In this document: in pieces, positions 43,023 to 52,651 of the stretch
Position numbering within the stretch: position 1 is the stretch's first letter
Layout of the letters: each line of letters starts with the position of its first letter
Assembly: GCA_965237525.1 (NCBI GenBank)
Contig: CBDEFO010000007.1
Span: 352,001-416,000 of the forward strand
Length of the DNA stretch: 64,000 bases
DNA from: Candidatus Latescibacterota bacterium
GTDB taxonomy: Bacteria > Latescibacterota > CBDEFO01
Direction: 5' to 3'
Notes under the pieces: generated by a model
The model's database searches: none
What the model saw: only the letters and a program-made list of their open reading frames with translations
Told to the model about the DNA's origin: nothing
Program-made: the position numbers and the translations under genes

Positions 43023-44444
43023 CTACTCCACTTCTAACCCTAGTTCTACCCTTAATTTGTTGAAATCAAATTCGAACTGCCGGTCTGGCATCCTGAGCTG
43101 TGTGTTTTCCCAGTCGTTGATGAGATCAGCTACTTTCTCCCTGCCTTTAGGAGTCTTTACTGCTTCCTTCGGAGTCTTGTCTTGTAAGGCAGGGATTCTT
43201 TGATCTGTCCAGTTCATATACTCCTGCTCCAGGAATTCCACTAGCTGTTGCCTGGCATCCTCTGATAGCGTATCCAAGTCGAGAGCGCTTGATTCTCCTG
43301 ATGCTTCTGGCAATGCATCAGGAAGCTCATCGGAATCATATGGATTGTGTGTTGTATCTTTATGCTTAATTAAATCTCCAAGGTTCTTCACCAATCGGTT
43401 TCTCAAGTATTTATCACGAGGTTTGCTGTTGCAGTCAGTAAGTATATGGTCTAAGCCAACCTTAATGTTTCCTTTGGTTACAGTCTGCATCATAGCCTTC
43501 TTCTTATTCTCAATAGTCCACGCAAATTCCGACTCATCTTCCTTGTCACCGTCGTACTCGAAATTTCTCATTGATTTCAGTTTCACTATTATGTCTTCCC
43601 TGTTAGTAGGCTTAAAGGTATATCTAGATGTTGTGAAGACTAACTTGTCCCCATCTGTATTTCTGATTTCTGGAAGAGTAGGGTTAAGAATTTCTTCAAC
43701 ACAATTGTGATAGCGCGCTAGAAAGTCGATGTCATATTCCAGCAGATCAACAGCAGCAAAAGAACGATGTTTTCTAATTCTGTTGATGAATCCTGTTATA
43801 TACTCTCTGAACCTCGATGGTGTCAGCGAATAAGGTCCTGTTGCACTCAAAGTATATTCTCCATCCAAGCCAACTACCTGTCCAAGTATAATGTCCCACT
43901 TCTTGAGAGTCTTGGAACCAGAAACTTCACGGACAAAACGCTCACGCTCCACAGCAAGATCCTTAAGCAGTATCCCTTTCTCTGGCTCAACTGCTTCTAT
44001 CTGCCAAAAGCTTAGAGGTTCTTTTTGTGCACTTTCCAAATACCTCTTTGTGAAGGAATCTACCTTCCATCCTATCCTCTTGAGAAACTGGGCTACGGTC
44101 GTGTGTTCGCACGGAAATTGAAGATCAGGATTATATCGTGCCTCATCACCAGGATACCAGTGGTACATAAACCAAGGAGTGAACAACTGAAGGTAGGGGC
44201 TGTTAGAAATATCCTCTTTTGGTTCCATTTCCGTTATCCAGAAGTCGTCCCAGGCTTCAAAGATAGCTTCTTCACCATAAATCTTTTTGGCGTAGCCAAG
44301 AAGGAGGTCTGGAACTTGGTCAGCAGTCTTTCGGAGAAGATGATGGGTGAGGACTATAGTTGATGTCTTTTCCTTGAGCATACAGCATTTCTTGTATTTC
44401 TTTCCGCTGCCGCAGGGACAGGGATCGTTGCGGCGGGGGGGCAT
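43023..44444 (-). CDS. SEC-C motif domain protein
   Basis: N-terminal RNDPCPCGSGKKYKKCC; C-terminal IPALQDKTPKEA. Confidence 0.8.
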   Translation of the reverse strand: MPPRRNDPCPCGSGKKYKKCCMLKEKTSTIVLTHHLLRKTADQVPDLLLGYAKKIYGEEAIFEAWDDFWITEMEPKEDISNSPYLQLFTPWFMYHWYPGDEARYNPDLQFPCEHTTVAQFLKRIGWKVDSFTKRYLESAQKEPLSFWQIEAVEPEKGILLKDLAVERERFVREVSGSKTLKKWDIILGQVVGLDGEYTLSATGPYSLTPSRFREYITGFINRIRKHRSFAAVDLLEYDIDFLARYHNCVEEILNPTLPEIRNTDGDKLVFTTSRYTFKPTNREDIIVKLKSMRNFEYDGDKEDESEFAWTIENKKKAMMQTVTKGNIKVGLDHILTDCNSKPRDKYLRNRLVKNLGDLIKHKDTTHNPYDSDELPDALPEASGESSALDLDTLSEDARQQLVEFLEQEYMNWTDQRIPALQDKTPKEAVKTPKGREKVADLINDWENTQLRMPDRQFEFDFNKLRVELGLEVE

Positions 44445-44462
44445 GGCGGGTCTCCTGAAAGG

Positions 44463-45776
44463 TCAAGTGTTACTATTGCTGTAGGCTCTATCCAGAAGCT
44501 CTACCGGATGAACGACCTCTACGTCCAGATTAGCGCTCTTAAGACCGTACTTAATCTGAATCATGCAGCCTGGGTTTCCGGTGGCCACTGTCTCGGCTCC
44601 CGATGCGGCTATGTTAGCTATTTTTCTTTCCAAAATCTCCATCGAGACATCTGCATTTGAGATATTGTAGATGCCTGCGCTGCCGCAGCACCAATCGGCT
44701 TCCTTGAGTCTGACCAACTCAAGACCGGGAATTGACTTCAAAAGCTCCTTGGGCTGATCTGATACCCTCTGTCCGTGAAGCAGGTGGCACGGCTCGTCAT
44801 AGGCTACTCTGGATTTGATCTCTCCTTCGGGCGGCCGGAAGGATATTTCGCACAGAAACTCCGATATGTCCTTTACCTGACGACTAAACTCTTCAGCTCT
44901 CTCAGCATAAACATGATCGTTCTTCAGAAGTTCGCCGTACTCTTTCATAGTCGCTCCACAGCCTGCGGCGTTGACTACAATCGCTTCCAGGTCCAATTTT
45001 TCAAAGACATCGATATTATGCGTTGCTAACTGTTTGGCTTTCTCTCTTTCGCCGTTGTGAGCGTGCAGAGCGCCGCAGCAGGTCTGATCTTTTGGAGTTA
45101 GCACCTCGCATCCGTTTTCGGCAAGGACCCTTACACAGGCTCTGTTTACTTCGCCAAATACGATGCCCATCATGCATCCTGATAGGAAGCCCACTCTACA
45201 TTTCTTTTCACTTACGGCTCCTGTGATCTCTTCTAATGGACGTTGCATCCTGAGTGTTGAGACATCTGGAGTTAGGCTCTCAAGCACCTCCAGATTCCCT
45301 GGGAGTATCCTCAGCAGTCCTGAAGTCCTCACTAAAGCCTGCATTCCCGAAATCTTATACAATCTCAACGCGAATCCCAAAAGGGACATCATCTTTTTTG
45401 AGGGAAGCAGTTTGTGAAATCCTATATATCTTACTGTGCGGCTTATCAGACCTCTTTGTCTCCTCTGCTCAAGCTGATCCCTCGCACTTTCCATAACTCT
45501 TCCAAAGTGCACACCTGAGGGACAGGCTGTCTCGCACGCTCTGCATTCCAGACACAGATAGATATGTTCGTCTAGTCTTTCGGTAATGGGGAGTTTGTCC
45601 TCGGCCATGCCTTTTATCAGATATAACCTCCCTCTCGGAGAGTCCATCTCATTTCCCAGGATTCTATACGTGGGGCAGTCGGAAAGGCACAGCCCGCAGT
45701 GAACGCACTCTAATATATCGTCGTAGGACAGCTCGCCCCTTGTGTCGAATTTGTACTCTGTTGATTTATCTCGCAT
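44463..45776 (-). CDS. glcF: Glycolate oxidase iron-sulfur subunit
   Basis: CVHCGLC, CLECRACETACP, two CCG domains and ANPGC-like GNPGC. Confidence 0.85.
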   Translation of the reverse strand: MRDKSTEYKFDTRGELSYDDILECVHCGLCLSDCPTYRILGNEMDSPRGRLYLIKGMAEDKLPITERLDEHIYLCLECRACETACPSGVHFGRVMESARDQLEQRRQRGLISRTVRYIGFHKLLPSKKMMSLLGFALRLYKISGMQALVRTSGLLRILPGNLEVLESLTPDVSTLRMQRPLEEITGAVSEKKCRVGFLSGCMMGIVFGEVNRACVRVLAENGCEVLTPKDQTCCGALHAHNGEREKAKQLATHNIDVFEKLDLEAIVVNAAGCGATMKEYGELLKNDHVYAERAEEFSRQVKDISEFLCEISFRPPEGEIKSRVAYDEPCHLLHGQRVSDQPKELLKSIPGLELVRLKEADWCCGSAGIYNISNADVSMEILERKIANIAASGAETVATGNPGCMIQIKYGLKSANLDVEVVHPVELLDRAYSNSNT

Positions 45777-45896
45777 AAGTTTTTGTGATTTCCCTCGAAT
45801 GTGGGGTGAGGTAACCTCGCCCTACCTCCTTGCAATTAAGTATGGGGTCAAAATAATCTGGACAAGATTATAGAGTTCCAAAATAGTAATAACTAT

Positions 45897-46020
45897 TCAG
45901 AGAGAGGCAATCTATGTGAGATTGCTTCCCCCCGATAGATTCAATCGGGGGTTGCTCGCAATGACACTGGGATTTGGTCGTCATGACATTGCTTGGCTTC
46001 GTCCTTTGGTCATTGCTAGG
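45897..46020. repeat. REP-like cluster (GAGATTGCTTC...CTCGCAATGAC) containing a 19-bp micro-element at 45931-45949
   Basis: Related to 8309-8403; CCCGATAGATTCAATCGGG lies inside it. Confidence 0.6.
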
Positions 46021-46035
46021 GGCAAGGCCCCGAGT

Positions 46036-46073
46036 TCCGATCCCCAATTGATGCTGTTGGGGATTCAATCGGG
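46036..46073. repeat. Nested pair of 19-bp micro-elements
   Basis: Inner copy 46043-46061 sits within outer TCCGATC^GATTCAATCGGG. Confidence 0.75.
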
Positions 46074-46288
46074 GACTCAAGAGAGGTCCTTGTCTACTTA
46101 TATCCGATAAGTTTTGTCAAGCTATATAATATATCACATCCTGTCTTGTAATCCAAGAGTTTTATGGATTCCAAGTAAAATGGCCCAGTCAATTTTGACT
46201 GAGCCATTAAAGCCGGTGTCATGTGCGAATACTCACATGCTACAGGAGAGTGTATGCAAACGCTCAACTGGCCGCTTCCACGAGGTCT

Positions 46289-48189
46289 TCAGTCTCCTTT
46301 GCTCTGGGCTGCGGAGTAGGACCTGTAAGCGATCAGCCCTTCTATAACGAGCCATATGGCTAAGGCTAATATTACTGATCCTAAGGCAGTTGGAATCCAC
46401 TGTTCAGCTCTGCCTGTCTTGATTATGTTCAGGGCCATCGCATATACTGTCACGATCAGCATAAAGACCATTGGCAGGACAGTGGAAAGTTGGGGTTTCC
46501 TGGATTTGAAAAGATAGACGCTTACCGTAAGGAGACCTAAGCCCGCAAGTAGCTGATTCGTTGTCCCAAAGAGCAGTAGAAGCACTATCCCCGCAGGCTG
46601 CCAGACGGTCTGTCCTGCTGCGCTTACCGTCGGAATCTTTAAAAGGCCGAAGAAACCTATGACTATGACGGCCAGAAAAGTGGCCACGTAGCGATTAGTT
46701 ATCGGGGCTATTTTCACGCTTTCGCCTATGGATTCGATATTGTAGCGCAAAAGACGAGTCGCAGAATCTAATGTTGTCATCGCAAATGCGACTACCATCA
46801 CCGAGATAAAGACGCCGGCAACTTCAACGCTTACACCGAGTTGTGAGACAAAGACCGCCGCGCCCTCGATGAAGGCATTGAGCTTCACTCCGATGCCTCC
46901 CTCGTTTATTGCCTTCCATGTTCCGTAGACATCCGTGAAGAGCTTGCCTCGTGCGCTGAATGTCGCTGCACATGCCATGATGACCAGAGTCGCCAGAAGT
47001 CCCTCAGCCAGCATAGCTCCGTAGCTGACAGCACGGGCGTCTCTTTCGTTCTGGAGCTGGCGGGCTGTTGTGCCCGATGCGACCAGGTTGTGGAACCCGG
47101 AGATGGCTCCGCAGGCCACTGTGATGAAGAGGAAGGGGAACCATGGCACAGCGGATTCATCAGAGGCTGCGTTGGGATTTATGGCGGGAGCCTCGATCTG
47201 TGGATTCATGATTACCAGACCCACGATAACTGCCGCCATGCCTAAATAGAGCTTATAGGAATTGAGGTAATCCCGCGGCTGAAGGAGCAGCCAGACGGGC
47301 AAAACTGAGGCCACAAAGGCGTAGGCCCAGAAGAACTACTATCCAGAAGGTGCGGGTGTCGGCAGCAGCGGCGTTCACGTCGACTGCAAAGGAGTCCTGT
47401 CCCTTCTGCTTGAAGTAGGCTGCAGCCTGACCCGGAAGGTTGGCGTTTCCCACTCCCATCTTGGCCGCTTTTAGTTTTGTATCTGCCAATTCGCCCGATG
47501 CAACAGCGGCATCCAGAGCGGTTCTAGCCTCAGGCTCCAGAAACCACTTATAGACAGGGATGGGATTATATACGCCGACGCCGATGAAGATGAACATAAG
47601 GGCCAAGCCCACTAGGGTCGCCGGTCCCCAAGCTGGTACGGTATTTATAGACCGCAGTGCCTATAAGAGAAGCGATAATCATCAACGAAAAGACGGGGAT
47701 AATGGCTTCAGGGTGGAGAAACGTGAATATGACAGCGATTACGAAGACAAAGAGTCCCATTGCCAAGGTGAGCAAAAAGAAGATGATCCATAAGAATAGC
47801 ATGCGGGCTCTTTCGCCTATTATCTCCCGTGTCAGATCGCCTATGGATCTGCCCTGGTGTCTGAGGGAGATGGCTAAAGCAGCAAAGTCGTGCACACCTC
47901 CCAGAAAGATAGTGCCCAAGACCACCCACAAAAGGGCCGGCAACCATCCCCAATAGACGGCCACTGCAGGACCGATGATTGGGCCAAGTCCGGCGATGGA
48001 TGCAAAGTGGTGACCGAAGAGGACGACGCGCTTTGTAGGGACGAAGTCCACTCCGTCGTTCAGTTCATTTGCGGGGGTCTTATCGCTGTCACCCAGGCCT
48101 AATATCTTGTCCCGTAGAAATGTCCCGTAGAATCTATAGGCCAACAGAAAAGCGCCTATAGATAGTACAACCGCAAATAAGGAGTTCAT
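46289..48189 (-). pseudogene. cstA: Carbon starvation protein A, two frameshifts
   Basis: GHHFASIAGLGPIIGP, LPVWLLLQPRDYL and ACGAISGFH across three frames; both shifts are extra G in G-runs. Confidence 0.85.
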
Positions 48190-48222
48190 ATTGATCTCTC
48201 AATTATTCAGTTGAACTTCGGT

Positions 48223-48813
48223 CTATGACAATACGCCCCTGATCTCATAAGACACTCTCTTAAACTCCTCATCAGACAGAACGGGTAAAGCGCCTTCCGT
48301 TGAAAGTTCCATCTCCAGATCTATCCACGATTTGCAGCCTCCGTATTCCTCAAGGTCCGGTATCTCGTAAGGTTGAGGAAGCCGAAAGACCCTCAGGAGC
48401 AAGAGCTGAAGATGGACATCTTTTCTCCAGTGGAATCTCTCTTCCATGTACTCGTCTGACCAGATGTGGTAGTCGGAAAGGGCGCAGACTGTGTCCAAAT
48501 TAAGGACATCTACCACATCTTGAACCACGGCGTAACTACTTATAGTCACGCTGCCACCTACAGCACTTTTAATTGTCTTTTCCAGATCGGGAACAAATAG
48601 GGGCTTGATCAGGCCTTGGTCTTGATGCTCATACGTAGGGTAGAGGAAAAACTCCCAGTTTTCCAGGGTAAATTCGTCCCTATCCTCTGCGATGCCGCCT
48701 TTCCTGAGCAGTATAGATTGACGGCCTTGGTGCATCGCTTTCACAGCCGTAGCCCATTCCTTTAGGACTTTTCTATTCTTAGGCTTCAGTTTATCCACTA
48801 ATGGTACCTCCAA
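48223..48813 (-). CDS. DUF1802 family protein
   Basis: LKEWA...G.QSILLRKGGI, FFLYPTYEHQ and YGGCKSWI. Confidence 0.85.
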   Translation of the reverse strand: MEVPLVDKLKPKNRKVLKEWATAVKAMHQGRQSILLRKGGIAEDRDEFTLENWEFFLYPTYEHQDQGLIKPLFVPDLEKTIKSAVGGSVTISSYAVVQDVVDVLNLDTVCALSDYHIWSDEYMEERFHWRKDVHLQLLLLRVFRLPQPYEIPDLEEYGGCKSWIDLEMELSTEGALPVLSDEEFKRVSYEIRGVLS

Positions 48814-48844
48814 TATATGAATGGAGCATAACCCAGTTTTTAAA

Positions 48845-49387
48845 TTACTCGCTGTAGCGCCATTCGGTGTCGCTTACTCCCGCTCTTTTGTTGGCTAATC
48901 TAGATAGGACGAATAGTAGATCAGAGAGCCTGTTGAGGTAAATTATTGTATTTGCGTCCACATCCTCGTCTTTGGATAGGGCTACGGCTCTCCTTTCGGC
49001 TCTGCGGCATATCCCTCTGGAAATATGCAGAAACGCCGCGGCAGATGATCCGCCGGGAAGGATAAAGTTACTCAAAGGATCGAGCTCTCCTTCGCACTTA
49101 TCTATGATATTCTCTATCTGGTTTACTCTTTGGGAGGAAATTGATGGCGCCTTTTCCTTCGAGACAGCCGATGCTAATTGAGCGCCCAGGATATGGAGGT
49201 CATTCTGAATCCCTTCCAAAATGGGGTCTATCTCCTTATCTTGGTTGAACGACCTTACTACGCCTAGAGACGAATTAAGTTCATCCACAGTTCCGTAAGC
49301 CTCGACTCTGAGCGAACTTTTTAAGATTCTTCCGCCTCGAAGCAGGCCTGTGTATCCGTCATCCCCCGATTTAGTGTATATTTTCAT
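48845..49387 (-). CDS. pduO: PduO-type cob(I)alamin adenosyltransferase
   Basis: IYTKSGDDG, AYGTVDELNS, FILPGG, CRRAERR and YLNRLSDLLF. Confidence 0.9.
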   Translation of the reverse strand: MKIYTKSGDDGYTGLLRGGRILKSSLRVEAYGTVDELNSSLGVVRSFNQDKEIDPILEGIQNDLHILGAQLASAVSKEKAPSISSQRVNQIENIIDKCEGELDPLSNFILPGGSSAAAFLHISRGICRRAERRAVALSKDEDVDANTIIYLNRLSDLLFVLSRLANKRAGVSDTEWRYSE

Positions 49388-49482
49388 AATGTGCGATCTG
49401 TTTGCAGATAACAAGTCGACAGATCGAGTATTTCAGGATTTAAGACAGTAGATGATCCGAAGAATGACTTCTCAAAACTGTC

Positions 49483-49501
49483 CCCAATAGAATCAATTGG
49501 G
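49483..49501 (+). repeat. 19-bp micro-element, A-T stem variant
   Basis: GTC^CCCAATAGAATCAATTGGG^GATC. Confidence 0.8.
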
Positions 49502-49655
49502 GATCAACATCCCATCTATATCATCGGGATGCCACCAAGGGATACCTTTCTTCCACTTTTTCTGTGCATCAAAAAGCTGGGACGGACAGACTTCACATAG
49601 AATGGGAACTACTTCTGGAAAGGTGTTCTCACAAGTATCAGCACTAACACCAGTC

Positions 49656-49674
49656 CCCGATAGGTTCAATCGGG
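49656..49674 (+). repeat. 19-bp micro-element
   Basis: CCCGATAGGTTCAATCGGG. Confidence 0.85.
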
Positions 49675-50047
49675 GGCTCCTGCCACCGAAAGAGAGACAT
49701 TATGGCGCAAATAGATTAATGACAGCAACAGCTCCTGATATGGCGCACGCCGTCGCTTGCGTCCTCCACCTGTGGCACGTTTGCGATTAGGTTGCAACGC
49801 AAAAGACTGTGGCAAAGCAAAAGACTGCTAACGACGTTCCACTAACACAGGCAACACTGATGCCAAAAGCTCAGATAAAGCCTCGAAACCTTATCAAGGT
49901 TAGGAAGATTTATCAGGGTAAGTTCCTTACGTAAGCTATTAAAAAAGACGAACCGATTACCTTCTGGAACATTTCAACAAAAGATTCTACGCAAGAAACT
50001 TGCCAAAGTCCAGTATTATTTCTTGGACTTTCTAATGAGGCCTACTT

Positions 50048-50896
50048 TTAGAACGGACGATCTCCATTGATCGTCACTCTGTGCATGCAACGTCGATATC
50101 CGTGGTAGTCGTTGATCGCATAATGCTGCGTACAGCGATTGTCCCAAAAGGCGATCGCATTTTGCGTCCAACGGTAGCGGCAGGTGAATTCCGGTTTGGC
50201 GGTATGCTGGTAGAGAAACTCCAGCAACGGCTGGCTTTCCTGCCGGGTCATGCCCTTAATACGCGATGTGAAAAAGGGGTTGACATAGAGTAACTTCCGG
50301 TCCGTCTCCGGGTGGGTTCGCAGGACGGGGTGCTCGACCGAGGGCAGCTCTTCCCGGGCTGCTTCCACGTCGGTTTCGCTGACCTTGGTCCTTCCGTGGC
50401 GTGCCGACTCCTTGAAGACTTTAGTGTAGTCATGTATAGCCCACAGCCCGTCGAGCAGATTTTTCATCCCTTCCGAGAGAGCTTCATACACAAGGTACAT
50501 GTTGGCAAAGAGAGTATCGCCACCATAGGGGGCTATGATCTGAGCATGCAATATCGAGCCAAGCGGTGGTTTTTCAAGAAAAGACATGTCCGAATGCCAA
50601 CCGTTGCCAACGTTGGTCATCTTATCTTCCTGCTTATCGATGACGATGATTTCCGGATGTTCTTCCAGATTGGGCAGGAACGGGTGTACGCTCAGTTCAC
50701 CGAACCTGTGTCCGAATACCTTGAGCGCGTCCGGTGTGATTTTCTGACCCGGGAAGAATACAACCAGATGCTCCAGATGCGCCCTGTGGATTTCGTCAAA
50801 GGTTTCGTTGTTGAGCGGCTTTGACAGATCAACACCAGTGATCTCTGCCCCCAGCGCGCTAGTGATTGGATTGACGTTGATATGCTTATATTTCAT
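50048..50896 (-). CDS. TauD/TfdA family dioxygenase
   Basis: WHSDM, GGDTLFAN, HPVLRTHPET and WDNRCTQH; probable start ATG 50896. Confidence 0.9.
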   Translation of the reverse strand: MKYKHINVNPITSALGAEITGVDLSKPLNNETFDEIHRAHLEHLVVFFPGQKITPDALKVFGHRFGELSVHPFLPNLEEHPEIIVIDKQEDKMTNVGNGWHSDMSFLEKPPLGSILHAQIIAPYGGDTLFANMYLVYEALSEGMKNLLDGLWAIHDYTKVFKESARHGRTKVSETDVEAAREELPSVEHPVLRTHPETDRKLLYVNPFFTSRIKGMTRQESQPLLEFLYQHTAKPEFTCRYRWTQNAIAFWDNRCTQHYAINDYHGYRRCMHRVTINGDRPF

Positions 50897-51384
50897 CCCC
50901 TCATTTTCACCTCCTTGTTCGACTGATTGAAAGTTCCTGATAACGGGTGTCCAGGGATGGCTCCGTCTTTGGATAGGGCTACGGCTCTCCTTTCGGCTCT
51001 GCGGCATATCCCTCTGGAAAGATGAAGAAACGCCGCGGCAGATGATCCGCCGGGGAGGATAAAGTTCCTCAAGGGATCGAGCTCTCCTTCGCACTTGTCT
51101 ATGATATTCTCTATCTGGTCTACTCTTTTCAATGAGATTGATGGAATGTCGTCCTGCAGGACAGCCGACGCCAGTTGAGCGCCCAGGATATGGAGGTCGT
51201 TCTGGATCTCTTCCAATATAGAATCTATATCTTTGTCCTTGTTAAACGATCTTACTATACCTATGGAGGCGTTGAGTTCATCCACAGTTCCGTAAGCCTC
51301 GACTCTCTGTGAACTTTTTGAGATTCTTCCGCCTCGAAGCAGGCCTGTGTGCCCGTCATCCCCCGATTTCGTGTATATTTTCAT
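50893..51384 (-). pseudogene. pduO: 3'-truncated second copy of pduO
   Basis: Matches 48845-49387 up to ..RAVALSKD (about 50965), then diverges; lacks YLNRLSD. Confidence 0.8.
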
Positions 51385-51509
51385 ATTGTAATATCTGTTT
51401 GCAGATAACAAGTCAACAGATCGAGTATTCAGATCTGTGATTCAAAACAATCTACTCAAATTTAACCTTATCCACTTTTGAAGTCACGGATGCCGGTTGA
51501 AAGGGGACT

Positions 51510-51992
51510 TTATTTTTCACGAAGTTCGATCAACACTCCGTCTGATGATTCGGGATGTATGAAGGCGACCTTCTTCCCTTCTGACCCTTCTCTTGGAGCA
51601 GGTTCTATAAAGTTCATTCCCTCGCGTCTGCAAGATTCGATAGATTCGTCTATATCTTCTACGGAGAAGCAGATGTGATGAACGCCACCTTTTTTATCTC
51701 TCAGAAATTTGGAGATGGGCCCCTCTCCAGACAGAGGTTCTAGAAGCTCTATCCGGCACCCTTTGCAGTCTATAAAGGAGACCTTTACGTTTTCGCTCTC
51801 GATTGTTTCCTGACCAGCTATCTCAAATCCCAACGACTTAGAGTAAACTCTTAAAGCCATATCAATGTCCTGGACTGCTATGGCTATGTGATCTATGCTG
51901 TTAGCGTCGAACTTCACTTTGCAAATATCATCCTTTCCATCTAACCCAATAGTTGCAGTTCCCTCCAACAAGGTTGTACAACAATATATCAA
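51510..51992 (-). CDS. mce: Methylmalonyl-CoA epimerase
   Basis: IDHIAIAV, IELLEP, GVHHI, VAFIHP and GVLIEL; the true start may be GTG near 51917. Confidence 0.85.
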   Translation of the reverse strand: MIYCCTTLLEGTATIGLDGKDDICKVKFDANSIDHIAIAVQDIDMALRVYSKSLGFEIAGQETIESENVKVSFIDCKGCRIELLEPLSGEGPISKFLRDKKGGVHHICFSVEDIDESIESCRREGMNFIEPAPREGSEGKKVAFIHPESSDGVLIELREK

Positions 51993-52136
51993 AGATTTGC
52001 GGCTCTGTCAACAGAAAACCATAGGATGACCTTTCAAAACTTCTTGACAAAGGTACTATATATGCCTTTATTATTTAGGGAAAGATGGGACAATGCTAAG
52101 TACAGTGTAGTTGCTATAATCTTTAGGATGAATAGA

Positions 52137-52526
52137 ATGCTTGAGGTCGGATTGAAAGGTGAAATGAGGATGACAGTTTCACCTGAGCATTCGGCGAAAC
52201 TTGTGCATCCTAAAAGGCCGGATGTTTTGGGCACGATGCCGCTCATAGGCTTAATTGAAAGGACGGCGGCAAAGGTGGTGGACGCTTACTTGGAGCCAGG
52301 TTTGATCACTGTCGGAACGGCCGTGAACGTCACACATAGTGCTCCCGTACCGATGTGGATGGAAGTGGCGTGTCGTGTGAGGATAGTTGAAATTGATGGT
52401 CGGAAGATAGTCTTCGATGTGGAGATTTTGGATGAGGAGGGGATTATGTCGTATCCGTCTCTCTTAAAGTTGTTTTCGGTCGATAGAGAAGGATTTGGGG
52501 AGTGTGGTAGATATGATGGAATTTAA
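52137..52526 (+). CDS. Hot-dog fold thioesterase (FlK-like), C-terminus possibly degenerate
   Basis: VLGT..LI.LIE.TA, TVGT.VNVTHSAP and EIDGRK..F.VE. Confidence 0.7.
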   Translation: MLEVGLKGEMRMTVSPEHSAKLVHPKRPDVLGTMPLIGLIERTAAKVVDAYLEPGLITVGTAVNVTHSAPVPMWMEVACRVRIVEIDGRKIVFDVEILDEEGIMSYPSLLKLFSVDREGFGECGRYDGI

Positions 52527-52651
52527 GAGGAGCAAGAAGACGGATATATTGGTCGGAGGGTTCGTGATCGTAGCTATCGGCCTTTTGGTCTTTACGATAG
52601 TGCTCAAACAGGGGTTGACATTAGGGCATTATCCGCTCTTTGTGGAGTTTA

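Noticed and set aside
49720..49850. Possible attC remnant and GCAAAAGACTG direct repeat
   Set aside because: No complete pair of R boxes or consistent fold could be identified.
50048..51094. N-terminally extended TauD or a PduO-TauD fusion
   Set aside because: The extension is an alternate frame of the truncated pduO; a start with RBS exists at 50896.
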